64,000 nt of DNA, from positions 186,001 to 250,000 of the forward strand of contig NEEC01000017.1 of NCBI GenBank assembly GCA_002189035.1, in the 5' to 3' direction. Both the position numbers and the translations under genes were made by a program. Under the pieces are notes generated by a model. It saw only the letters and a list, made by a program, of their open reading frames with translations, made no database searches and had not been told where the DNA came from. Numbering within the stretch: position 1 is the first letter of the stretch; every line of letters begins with the position of its first letter. Source of the stretch: Utricularia gibba. Taxonomy: Eukaryota; Plantae; Magnoliophyta. Below, piece after piece: positions 12,829-25,893 of the stretch.

Positions 12829-13909
12829 TCATAGACCTCTCACAATCCCATTCACCATAACCTCACGTTCTGCACTATTGCTGTCCAGAAAATGATGTAA
12901 CTTTATGGGGTTACTCAAGATGACTTCAGTTACTCCTAGACGCTGCATTGTAGTTAATTGTAATGGCTTCCCTTTGATGATGTCTGCAGAAGCATTTCGA
13001 CGTTCTCGTAGGTCATTGTTTTCAACAGTAAGTATTTCTCCCAGTTGTGCGATGGCAACATTTGTTCGCTTACTCATTTCTTTCAACTTCTCCACCAAGC
13101 TATCAAGTTCTAGACCTTACCTCCTCTTCTTCTTCCTAGGTTCATCACCACTGGTTGGTGTAGTGTGATTACTTGTGCGGCCTCTAGGAGTCCCTCCTGA
13201 TGAGGGATACTCTTCATATGTAGAGGATGCATCATGTGATCTTTGGTCACCATTTTTTTCCGAGTCAACCTCCACTTCAGGATACTCAAGAAGATGCAAT
13301 GGTTGTTCCAAACCGGCCATAGAGTCATCAGCATGTTGTGTTGCATCAGCAGCATCAAGGACACATTCTGCAAATTCTCCGGTGGCTCTATCTTTGCCAA
13401 AGATGATGCACCAATCTGGATAGTAAGGCCAACGCTTAAACCACAACAAATTGTACACCTTCTCATTGTGCTGTACATGTAATCCATAAGTGTACATTAA
13501 TAATCTCATAGGAACTACCTACTACATATATATTAGAACAACAATACCTGTTTGAACTCCACCCACAAATCCTCACTAGCATCTACCATGTTTGTTGAGT
13601 TATCATACCCGGTATCTGACTTATTGAGAAAGTCAGATAGGGCATTGTAATCTTTTTTCCAGTTATGAATCTTTGATTGCATGTGGGGAGTACCTCTGAT
13701 ATCTGAGCCGGGACACAATTTGAGGAACGCCTCCTCTAGTGCTTGAAGGTAATTACCTTTGAATCCATTCTATGCTTTCCATCCACCTTGAATGATATCC
13801 TTTAGAGTGTGGATTAGAAAGCGCTCTTTATCAGGTTTCCACTGTCTTTTGGTCTTAATGTTATCACCACTTCTCCCACGTTTTGTTGTAAGCACGCTTG
13901 CTCCAACCA
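12829..13909 (-). pseudogene. Harbinger Myb/SANT-like DNA-binding ORF (copy 1), pseudogenised
   Basis: KRQWKPDKERFLIHTL...GWKA*NGFKGNYL...SKIHNWKKDY; WPYYPDWCIIFGKDRATG; KKKRR NLS; one intron ~13510-13546; stops at 13770 and 13117. Confidence 0.9.
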
Positions 13910-16900
13910 TTTTTGCAACCAACACATAAGTGCGCAACCCATGACAAAACCACAATGCACGTGTAGCTCAATATGGCACAAGAAGTATAACAACATTATA
14001 TGGGTTTCAGGGGCACAATTCACAGCCATATTACTCAAAAAACATCACGCACACTAACACCTAGTCGCTCAATCCACGTGGTTAAGGTCATTCAACCGGC
14101 AAATGAAATAAATGCCTCAAATTCGAGAAAAAAATACCTAGTGCATCACCCAATACCCAATTTTTTGGTAAATCAAACTTGCTCCCAGAGTTGCATGAGC
14201 CGAAGATCCATGCACATCGCAACTCGAGGGTTTCGAATTCCTCAATTTGAATCTCACGTTTCTACATGTGGGGTCAAAATAGGATAATAAGATATTATAT
14301 TATACATAAAGGGTATATTAGAGAATTCATATTTTCGAGTATTGAGAACTTATGCATAAACCCTTCTAACAAACATATAAAATTGATAATCCCATATTAT
14401 TGAACCCTATCTACCAAACACATACTTCATTCTAAACCATTATTTATGAGATACAATAAACTAAAATTATCTAAACCCTTTTAATTTAAACCCACCTAAC
14501 AAACGAGGCCTTACATATTCAACAAATATCATACCAATTTTAGCAACTGTTTTAATGTTCCATGCCTTTGTCGCATGTGTATATTTCTTTCATCATAGGA
14601 TCGATTATTGACTATGGCAATTGCTGCTTGACAGTCACATTGCAGGACAAATGAGAAGGAACCATGTTGCTTGAGCGGGATTCCAATCACATAATTTGTC
14701 AACCACTTGGCTTCAATTTGTACTAGATCTAATGCAATGAACTTTGTTTTTATTGTTGATCTAGCTATCAAAGTTTGTTTAGTATATTTTCAGGACATAA
14801 CTCCTCTTCCCAATGTGAAAATCATTTCACTTGTGGCCTTTAGCTCTTCTGTCTCAAATACCCAACTAGCATTATTGTATCTCTCCAATATAGTGAGTTC
14901 TTTATGATATTGAATGTCATAGTCATCAGTCCCTTTAAGGTATGTTAGCAACCACTTCACAGCTTTCCAATCGTTCTCATTTAGATTGTGTGCATACCAA
15001 CTCAATCTACCAACTGCATACGCTATATCAGGTTAGGTGTGATTCATTAGGTACATCACACTTCTCATAATCTGAGTATATTCACTCTGAGATACAAGAT
15101 CATCTGTATTTTTCATTAAGCTAATATTGAGATCATACAGAGTCCTATTTGGTTTCACATCATGAAAACTAAACTTTTTTAAAAGTTTCTGAATATAATG
15201 ACTTTTAGTTAAGAGAAACTCTTCTTCATTTCTCATGATTTTGATTCCCAATATGTAGCTAGCTTCACCCATATCCATCATCTTGAATTTTGAGGTTAAG
15301 AATTTCTTGGCCTCTAGTAAAGTGTCTAGGTTTGGTCCAAAGAGCAGTATATCATCCACATAAAAATGGTTATGATCACACATTGATTATTAAAAGTCTT
15401 AGAATAAACATATCTCTCAACTATATTTGATTTGAAGCTTGATATTATGACTTCATCAAATTTTTTATGCCACTGTTTAGGTGTTTGTTTCAAGTCATAT
15501 AGAGACTTCTTTAGTTGACATACCTTATGTTCGTCTCCAACTTTTATACAACCCTTAGGCTGAAATATGTAGATTTTTTCTTCTAATTCACCATTTAAGA
15601 ATGCTATTTTGACATCTATTTGGTGAACTGTCCAATTGTCCACAGATGCCATTGCAAATAGTACTCGTAGTTGTATGGCAAAGAAGTGAACTATTGAGGC
15701 AAATGTCTCAAACTAGTCAACACCTGGTTTTTATGTGGAACCTTTTACTACAAGTTAAGCCTTGTATTTATTTACTTTACCATTTGTAAGGAGTTTTTTT
15801 TTAAGATGCGTTTGCTCTCGATCGACTTTGCTCCAAGGGGTAGGTCCACTACTTCCCATATATTGTTCTTATAGATTGAATCTATCTCATTGTCAATGGT
15901 CTTCATCCACAATATAGTATTTGGGGAAGTAATTGCATTAAGGCAAGTTAGAGGATCTCCAATGGTGAGATACACATAAAAGTCATCGCCGAAGCTAGAG
16001 TATGTCCTTTGAATTTTGTTTTGTCTTAGAGACACTTCTTCTAAGGGTTCACTAGTTTCAATAGTTTAATTGGTAGGTATCTCATCACCATCTAGTTGAT
16101 TTTTTGCTAAAGGAAATATATGCTCAAGGAATTTTGCATTCTTTGTTTCTAGTATCATATGATGATTAAGTACATTATGCTTGAGTATAAGAAATTGATA
16201 TGCAGCACTTCCTTGTGTGTATTATATAAATAGACAATCATATGTTTTGACTCAATCTTCCTTTTTTTAGAATAAGGTAATATCATTTTTGCTAAACATT
16301 TCCACACTCTTAAATATTTAAAATTTGGTATGTAACTTTTCTATATCTTATATAGAGTTTTACCTATTTTTTTGTGTGAGATTCAATTCTGAACATGCCA
16401 AGCTGTGAGAATCGCTTTGATAGCACACAAATTTTTATGTTTTAAGATATGATAATTATAGCTTTTTAATTATGCTTTCATTGTTATTTTATAGTTTTAA
16501 GTATTTTCTTTATATAACTTAGGTAATATATAAATCCTTTGATTTAGCCAATCCTGTGTTTCAACTCAATTGTGAGTCCAACAACAAGTCCCAAAATTAT
16601 ATAAAGACACAAATATTTCGTGAAAGTCACCATGTAGTAGGAGGAGCAGAAGGCAATGAGTACACTACTATGGCGGCAGTCTGCAAGTCAAGGACAAGAG
16701 TAACAGAGTTGTCAGAGATCGTACTAACCTTGGGAAAGGAGAGAGAGCAATAATTATGAAGGAGAGAGAGTCAAGAGGAGTTTGGAGAGTTTCAACACAC
16801 ACACGGATATGGGGCTTCTCCTCCAACACGACAAACACTGAAACAGAGGGGAGAACAAGGGTGATTTTCTAGAGAAGAAAATATTTTCTAGTTTCCAAGG

Positions 16901-19900
16901 CCTGAAAGCATTAATGATTAGGTTGAAATGAAGAAGTTTTGAATAATACATACTCTTCCCCTTTGTTAGGTCTGATTTTCTTTATTTTCTTATCAAGTTG
17001 ATTTTCTACATCAGCTTTAATTAGTAAAAACTTATCGAATAATTTGCATTTATGTTTCAATGGGTATAGATAAGCATATCTAGGGCAATCATTACAAAAA
17101 GTAATTATGAACTTATTTCCACTTGTAGATATGCACATTTTATAATTACATACATCCAAATGAATTAATGCAAGAAATTCAGATTCTCTATGCATAGAAA
17201 AAACATGATTTTTTTATTCATGATTTAGCAGGTAAATCATGCAATTTCAGAATTAAATCTAATTATTGCATTCTTTTCAAATAGGTAAAGTTAACATGAC
17301 TTAGTCTAGCATGTCAAATATTAAAAAAATACATCATGTAAACAAAATAAACTTTATTCTAAAAAATAATAGAAATATTTATCACATATAACTTTTTATT
17401 ATCGATGTATCCTTTCTTAACAAAGACATTGTTTTTTATCACCACAACAACCTTATTACCTAAATTGATATCTATGCCACATTTATCCATCTAGATTGTT
17501 GAAATGATATCGGTCTTTATGACAAGAGCATGTTACACATCCTTCAAAATGATAGTCTTCCTTGAGTTAAACTTCAGAGTTACTTATGACTTTTTAGGCA
17601 TTGATGGGGTAGACATATTAGAAAACTTGATCACATGATTGTTATCCTTGAGTGGACTATAGGAGGAGAAATACTTCTTCGAACAAACATGATAGTTAGT
17701 TTCTGAATTCATAATTCATTCACCACTTGCCTTGATTAAGTTCAAATAATCGAGCATGGTAACAATCAACTCATTATTATCATTTGTCTGAGCCATATTA
17801 ACATTGGCTTTGGGAGGCTCTTTTCCAGCTTTGTCAATCTTCCTGTGCTTGTATTGTATTTCATAGTGCTCTATCTTACCATACACAAAACAATGCCCAT
17901 TTTTCTTTTTGATACTATCGTTAGTCGGAGCTAAGACAATATGAGAACTAGAATTTTTCGAACGAGATTATTACCTTGTTTTCTTGAGGACATTCGCCTG
18001 ATACTCATGATTGATAAACTTTTTTCCAATTTTCCTCTGCCTCTCCTCAATTGCAATGTAATTGATTTTAAGTGATCCAACGTCATCTTACGATCAAATT
18101 GGTGACTTTGTGCCTTGTAATCATCCCATTCTCTTGATAACTTGTGAATCAGTGACAAACTCCAGAGGCACGTTAATTTTCTAAGAATCCATGTTATCCA
18201 AGAGACAATGGAATTCATTGATCAGTACTAACCACCTCCTTGTCATCAGACATCCTCTATTTTAGGAAATTGATGACTACAAATTGAGATGTAACGGTCT
18301 CCTCTGCAGTGTATTTTGCAATCATCAACTTCCATATCGAGACAACATGTTTGTAGATTACATACACATTGAAGAGACTATCAATAAGGGTGATAATTAT
18401 AGTGTGACAATACACCTGGTTAGCTCAATCTCAATCCACAACAAGGATCTTAGAGTCTGCCTCTTCTTGTTTGGTGACATTGAGGGCCCATACAATGCTA
18501 TGCATATCTAACAATTTAAAGATATGATTTTTCCGGCATCGGAAGTTCTTTCCATCAATAGGTTCAATCTTTGCAGTGTCAGGGAACTATTAACCAACAA
18601 CTGGATGATTAAGAGATTGATCGTGATCACTAAAGGTAACTCATGACAAATGGGTCAAGACATGTGGATTGTCGGAGGTGTTGTGACATCGAAAAGCAAT
18701 GCATGGGTAATTGGAGCTACGGATAATATAGGAGTAGGGTTTTTATAAGAGGTGGTGGCTGGATCCAACGAGATAACTCCTTTATATTTTTGTAATATGC
18801 TGTCCTAAAGGGTTTTTCGATTTTCTAGGATTCAAGAGGCTCTTAGAGAACACTCTTTCGGTATAAAAAATCAGTATATATGTGTCTAATCCTAATGGGC
18901 TCGAGAAAAAATGAGACAAAATGTGGGCTTGGCCCTCACACACACGTGAGAGGCTTTCGGGTTGGTTTTACACCCTCTTGTGCATGTAGTTTTTTTGAGT
19001 TTCAAAATCCTCCGGAAAACAAACCCAATCTAATAAATTAGAACCCTACACATTAATGACTCAATTCATTCTTAAGTTCATCAAAACTTATAGGTTGGTA
19101 TTTCATATAAATCAGTTGAAGAGGACTTCAATTAGCAACGTGAGATATTTAACTTTTCTCCAATATCCATTATTTCCAAAAGTATCTACAAATATATAGA
19201 AACCGTCAAAATAATAAATAAGATAATCACCATATGCAATTGATTATTTGGATTTTTTTAAAACGATTACTCAATGAGAATCGAAGACAAAACAAAAATA
19301 ATGGTTTTAAATCAATATAAAAAAATAGTTTTAAAAAGGGTTCACTTTTCTAAAATTCAACTATGTATGTTTGTGCATATCTTGAGAATTGATTCGTTTG
19401 CATTAGTTGTAGGGGTGTTATTTGAAAGTAATATAACTTATTAACTATTATATCATTATCTTTCGTTTAGTGGGATTATAGAATCAATTATGCCACCAAA
19501 ATAATTTCGCATCTTATGATAACTCATTTTTTCCTATATTCTATTTTAACTCCTTCATTTCACATTCTTGTTGTTATGACTTGCCCTCATCTTGCACGAT
19601 ATTATCTGCTTGGGAAACCCAACCCTTACTTCTTCTAGAGAAAAGATTTCATGCAAAATTAGGAGTATCTTTCTATTTTATCACATCTCCTTTCATGTCC
19701 TCAACTAATGTGAAATATCGTTACAAAACCTTTTGCCTTACATTCCTTCCCCCTCCTCTTAGATACTCAGTATTCTCGTTGAGTGCCTCCGCATCCCACC
19801 ATTGGCATGACATTTGATACCAAATGTCATAACTCACTCTTGCTTTGCACGATATTGTTTGTTTCAAACATCTACTTTTCACAGTTTTACATTCTTTCTC

Positions 19901-20250
19901 CTTTTGAGGAAAATACTTTATGTAAGATTAGGATGATCCTTTAATTAATGGAAATTTTAGTGTCATTGCAAAAGAAAATAAATCTTCATATCAAATAAAT
20001 TTATAATATCAAGTATTTAAAAAATATAAATTTAACACAATTTGCATAGTGAAATTTCAGAAATCACAAGGAGCAAGTTATTGTTATGCATTTTTCGTAA
20101 TCTCAAATTCAAAATACATTTTACTCTTAGTCCAAAGTAAAACTAATAACGCTACATAAATTCAATAAGTAAAATTAAGTAATCACGTAGAAAGTAACAA
20201 ATGTTGATTTTGTGCACAAATAACATCGAGATGTCTCAAGATAGTTTAGG

Positions 20251-22058
20251 TGATGTGATACTCAAGTTCGTAATATAATTTACGACTTGTCTATATGCAC
20301 ACTATAAACAATCAAAATCTATCCAGAGTTTTCTCATATTTTTGGCCTAGACAATCCTTTATATCATCACTCATTTTACACTTAGATCTATCCATATGCA
20401 AAATATGTGGAACTAGATCTATTCGGTTTTACTGGTTTTACTTAGAACTAATATTTACAATTGCATTCTTGATTCGTTGGTCTACATTTGAATCAATCTT
20501 TCGAGTTGCAATGTTGTTCACTCCCTCTCTTAGGTCTATCCGAGGATTGTTGAAAATAAATGCTAATGTACAATGAACACAATGGTAGATTATCTTATAA
20601 ATCCTAAACTAAATCACCTTTACACACCTCTAAAGTATCCCTAAATTTAACTACTCATATTTGATAAGTAAATCATGATCTCATTAAGATAAATTAAAGA
20701 AATTATTATAAACATTATGAGATAAACAAGCACAAAAACGAAATATTTACTAAACTAAAGAAAAAGTAAAATAAGTTCTATTTTTCATTTGCTACTGTTC
20801 ATAATTTGGAATAATAGTCCTTAACTGGGTTTTGATGCTTGTTTTTTACATTGGAGGTTTTTCTTCTGAAAATTGTCTTCTTCTTCTTTTGTTCTTTTAT
20901 TGGTTTTGTGTTGTCCATGTTCTCTCTTTGTTACCTCTCTTTTGTAGTTTCTATTCCCTCTAAAATATATTCTTCTCTTATTTTCCAATATAACTATGGT
21001 TTCTAGCAATTATACTATTCCTACCTTTTACTTTCAATTTGTTGTGGCAAAAGTTTCACTCATTGTCTCTTTCCTTTTGTTCTACAAGTTGCTACATGAA
21101 ATTCCTATCTTGCCCTTGATTTTAGGACCTTGTTGGACTCTAAATCCATTAGAACATAGAATGAGTCACATTAAAGGATTTAGCTCACATGCACACAAAA
21201 TTTTATCTATTCCTAAATGTTTGCAAAACATTTAAAATCATATAATAAATACTCATAGAATAATTAAAAAGTTACAATTTTTATATTCTAAAAATATAAA
21301 AATTCGTGTGTTATCACCCTTATATTTAAGTATGTCTCCTCCTTTATCTATAATTAATATTGGATACATGTAGATAGATTATGTCAAGTGTGTCTTATTA
21401 AAGATGTTCGATTAAACTCTTCTTCGTGATGTTTGAGGTCAATCTAAAACTTTTCCACACTCCATTAGGTTATGCAGTATTAAAAAGCACGATAGTAAAG
21501 AAAATATTATGAAAAATGAAATCAAATCCTAAATTAAATTTCAAAGAACATAATAAAATAATCTCACCCGTTGACATTTGCACAAGCAAGACTTCATCAC
21601 AAATTGTTAGCTATAAGCACCTACACGGGTATGTTCGACTCTAACTTATGAAAACTGATAAAAAATGAAAAGAAACTAAACCAACATACAGTGGACTCAA
21701 TTTTATACTCCTATACTAACTTAAAGATTTCGATACTTCCAACAGCTTGATATTCTAGCATATGGTGGAGATTTGCTAGATTTTTTTTGATGATGTTATA
21801 CCAATTTTTTTCTCTAAATCTTATAAGATATCGTTTAAATCTTCTAAGATGAATCTTATCTTAAACGAAAATTTTTAACTAAGTCTTTATCTAGATAATT
21901 CAAATTTTAACTCCGCCAACAATGAATCTAATTTTCATGGATTTAGAGTGAAATCAGCATGAAAAATCATAAAATATATTTTTCTTTCAAAAAGATATAA
22001 ATTTTATTTAAAAACATAGAAAAATTGAAATAAAATAAATGACAAAAATCATTTATCA
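20251..22058 (-). mobile_element. Possible decayed Athila-like LTR remnant
   Basis: Minus strand starts TGATAAATGATTTTTG at 22058 and shares a CATCTTAGAAGATT segment with the LTR at 45942; left boundary uncertain. Confidence 0.35.
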
Positions 22059-23204
22059 AAATCTAAATTTATAATTTTCTCATAACACAAGATAAAATTA
22101 AAATTTATAAAAATTAATTAGAATCGATTTAAAAGATTTAGTTTACAGATCCAATGGGCTAAATAACGTATAGACATGGAGTCATTGACTAATATTTGTT
22201 AACAAAATAAATGTGGGTCCCCCGTGAGTAGTGGATGAACTCACGCACACGGCACCCACAACAGGCTACAGGCCACATACATACGGATAGACGTGGATGG
22301 AGCCAGGGCATGGGGACCAAATTGCAAATCGGTAAAAGTTGGGGGCGGGTGTTGTGAATTGAATTATCCCCCCCCCCCCCCCCTCCTTTTTTTTCCATGT
22401 ATCTATTATGCCTTCTTCTCATTTGATTACACCGACGATTCTTTCCGGTTCAGTCACTCCACCTGCGTCTCCCACGCTCCGTGTCTTTCCGCTTATTTGA
22501 GGCACCCCAAATCCTTCCTGCGGATTCAACTCCTCCTCCTCCTCCTCGGAATTCTGTCTTTCTCTCTCTGGGTGCCATGATCCAACAAGCGTGATGCAGC
22601 TACCGAGCAAGGGAAGGGACACAGATTATGATAATTGCCTCCACCCTTCTTGTACATTTTTCTTCTTAACAAATATATATATATATAGATATTGACGTAT
22701 ATCTCATTTGAATTTATCGCCGCACACACGCAAGGAACACTGGCATCAACACGGGAGACTCCCGGGACTCCTGCTCTGCTCTTGTTCCCCACCTCTTCTC
22801 GCTTCCAAGATTAGCCGTCTCTCTCTCTCCCCTGCGTGGAGCTACTTATTTGTATGTGATGTGGGTGCCTCTGTAGCCTACCGTGCTGTTGCTTCACGAG
22901 AAACAATCTGAGCCGTGCTTTTTCTAGTCCAGTTCCTTGAATCCCAATCCCCGCTCTCTTTCGTTTTTCCATGGTGGGGTTTTTTTCTTTTCTCTACTTT
23001 GTCTAATTATTGGGATTCTCAAGTCTTCCTGAGGATTGATTGTTTTTATCCCGTTTATGCGTACGAGAAAGGGCTTCTTTCCGTGACTACCGCTAATTTT
23101 GTCAGTGCCTTTGCTGTCTCGGGGGAATTGGATTTACCTCTTCCAGAAACTTCTTATCAAACTGAAAAAACCAGATCTTTGTGGGAGTTGAGGTTTTCAT
23201 TTGG

Positions 23205-25550
23205 ATGGGGAATAAACTGGGGAGGAGGCACGCGGTGGATGAGAAGTTCACAAGACCTCAGGGTTTGTACCAGCACAAAGATGTGGATCATAAGAAGCTT
23301 AGGAAGTTGATTTTAGACTCAAAACTGGCACCTTGTTATCCTGGGGAGGATGATAATGCCAGCGACCTTGAGGAATGCCCCATTTGCTTCTTGGTTCGTC
23401 CTTTTATTGTCTTATTTTATTTTCTGAACAGATGCTCGCTGGCTAATTGCAGGAAATTGCTTTAAGATGATCGAACTGTTGTATGGCTTTTATTTTAATG
23501 AGATATGAGCACATGAAAGTTGATTAGGTCCGTTGATTGTATGAAAAATGAGATTCTTTGAGTGTATTTCATGAACTTTTAGTAGTTGCAGGCCCAACAA
23601 GAATAGAATATAGCAGTTGTCCTTTCTGATGTCCAAGATTGGAATATACAGTTTCTATGTATTTTCTCTTATGCCGTGTTGTTCTCTTATCAAACTGTTT
23701 TCTACTTTGTGAGGATGTTTTCAGTACTATCCAAGTCTAAATCGATCAAGATGTTGCATGAAAGGCATTTGCACAGGTACAGAGGTTGTTTTCTTCTTTC
23801 AGAATGAGTATCACTTTTTGTTTGCTGCGATGTTATATGAAATTCTTTTCATGTATATTCCTTTTGCAGAATGCTTTTTGCAGATGAAGACCCCAAATTC
23901 GAACCGACCTACACAGTTTCCTTTATTTTCTTATAATGTATTTGTTGTTTTCTTTGTTCATAAAAAATTAATGTTGCTTTTAAATTTATTTAGATACGTC
24001 CAAGTATCTGTTTTAACCTTAACCTCTAAAAGATGTCCCTTTTGCAAAACTTCAAATTATGCCGTGGAGTATCGAGGTGTTAAAACGAAAGAGGAGAAAG
24101 GCTTGGAGCAGCTTGTGAGATGATTTACTCTGCCTAAGGATTTTCTTGTCCTATATAGAATATCCTGTGTCTATTCTCATGTTCATGCCTATTTTATAAT
24201 TTACGATATAGGAAGAACAGAGGGTTATTGAGGCTAAGATAAGAATGAGGCAAAAAGAGATTGTCGATGATGAGGAAAGGATACTGAAACAAAGAGAAAT
24301 GAGTTCTAGTAGTAGAAGAGGACCAGCTGAGGTTGAGTATACATCAATTGCAGGTAACTGACATTTTCCTCGGGGATTCCCGCGGTTTCAGTAACAGCAT
24401 TTGCTTATTGCATGTTTTTTGCACAGCACCATCAGTTTCCTCACCTGTAGATGAGATAGTTGATGCACATGAATGGGATACTGCGGGATCCATAAGACCA
24501 TTGCCTTGGCAAAGGCAAAATAGGTGATGAAATTGTTGTTATATGGTGATTGGCTTTACCAACGTTTTCTAAATGGTTGATGAAACTCAACTTCGTCGCA
24601 TTTTTCGGTAGTTCTGATGTGCATGATGCACTTCATTTTCTTAATCCCCAGAGATTGACTTCATAGCTGCTCCCCTGCTTGTTTAAAACTATTCATATGC
24701 GGTCCCTTTTGTTGTTGTGAATGCTCGATGGCATGGAATGTGGAACAGCATTAGTTACCTGTCAGAGTTTGTTGCTTCAGTGACAGCGTATGCATATCAT
24801 ATTGGACTCACACCGCATTTGCGTTCAGGGAAAATGATTTTGACATTGATCTTGAGGACATTATGGTTATGGAAGCCGTTTGGCTGTCCATTCAGGTGCG
24901 CCTCTTGGAACAACCGAACGTCTTTTAAGCTTCTGTTGTGCGCTGCTTATTGTTGTTGTTTGCTAAGGTCATTTGCTTGACTCGTAGGAAAGCGGCAGGC
25001 ATCGGGATCCAGCATCTTGTGATGCAGCTCATTCAGAAGAAGATGTAGCTGATGATGGCAGATCGACAACGGTGATGACTCCGGCATCTGGACCTTCATC
25101 CTCGTCGCCATCCAGTGGGCTTGCTTGTGCTATAGCAGCTCTAGCTGAACGGCAGCAAATGAACGGAGAGACCTCCATTAAATACACAGGAGACGTTTCA
25201 TCCTACAGCACCCCCTGCTGCAGCCAGTATCGACAGGGACAAGAACCCGCCAACTACTTTCAGGCTGACGGCGCAGTAACCACGAGCAACGACCCTGGAC
25301 AGTGGATGGATCGCAGGTCGGAGGTAACTGAACTTGGAACCAGCTATGGGGGCTATGATGAGTCTGAGGATGCAACAAGTCAAGCTGAACCCCCCACCAA
25401 GGAAACGAGGGCCAGAGTGGTCTTCAAGCTCAACAGATTGAAAGTGCTATCGTACCTGAGAGCTTTGAGGAGCAGATGATGCTGGCCATGGCGGTGTCGC
25501 TTGCCGAGGCTCGGACCAGGAGTAGCACCCCTGGAATTGCCTGGCACTAA
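23205..25550 (+). CDS. DA2: RING-type E3 ubiquitin ligase DA2/GW2 (8 exons; -1 frameshift near 25390 as assembled)
   Basis: [22 protein letters not shown]; [36 protein letters not shown]; [16 protein letters not shown]; C-terminus [19 protein letters not shown]...AWH*. Exons 23205-23393, 23725-23776, 23870-23915, 24033-24114, 24212-24353, 24427-24523, 24829-24895, 24988-25550. Confidence 0.95.
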
Positions 25551-25893
25551 GCAGCTCGCCCACTTATACAGTCGAATGGCATATCCATACTCTCAGTTCA
25601 GTTTTCTAAGAATATCGCTTAGTGTCTCCAAAGGTCTGATGCTCTGCAAACTTGTGGCAGGTCTGTACATACACATGACTTCAAGATATTTTCTTTCAGG
25701 GATTTGTTGGGAGGACTGAAAACCAATTATCTCCTTGCATATTTTAAGTAAACAATGACCGATGAAATGTGGTTGTTCAAAAGTTTTCTGTTAAACGCAA
25801 ATCAAGCGATAATCGCAAATGAGACAAGAATACTCGATCTTAGTTTCCAACAACGAACATCAAAAGGCGACACAACCAACTCTGTAAAGACCA

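Larger units (their letters stand above)
8978..14510 (+). mobile_element. PIF/Harbinger DNA transposon, copy 1 (non-functional, internal deletion)
   Basis: 24-bp perfect TIR GGCCTCGTTTGTTAGGTGGGTTTA / TAAACCCACCTAACAAACGAGGCC; TTA target duplication at 8975-8977 and 14511-14513; convergent transposase and Myb/SANT ORFs. Confidence 0.96.
7984..19181 (-). mobile_element. Old, degenerate Ty1/copia LTR retrotransposon, interrupted by Harbinger copy 1
   Basis: Two homologous LTR segments at 7984-8378 and 18791-19181 (roughly 70-75% identical by eye). PPT-like GTGGAGGAT abuts TGTTGG at 8378. Minus-strand fragments lie in copia order: gag (~17900-18500), integrase (16911-17195), RT (15033-16035), RNase H (14514-14771 continuing at 8868-8977). 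Many stops and frameshifts. Confidence 0.88.

Noticed and set aside
22500-23204. Short uATGs in the presumed DA2 leader (e.g. MIQQA*)
   Set aside because: The TSS and leader introns cannot be placed, and no known conserved-peptide uORF was recognised.
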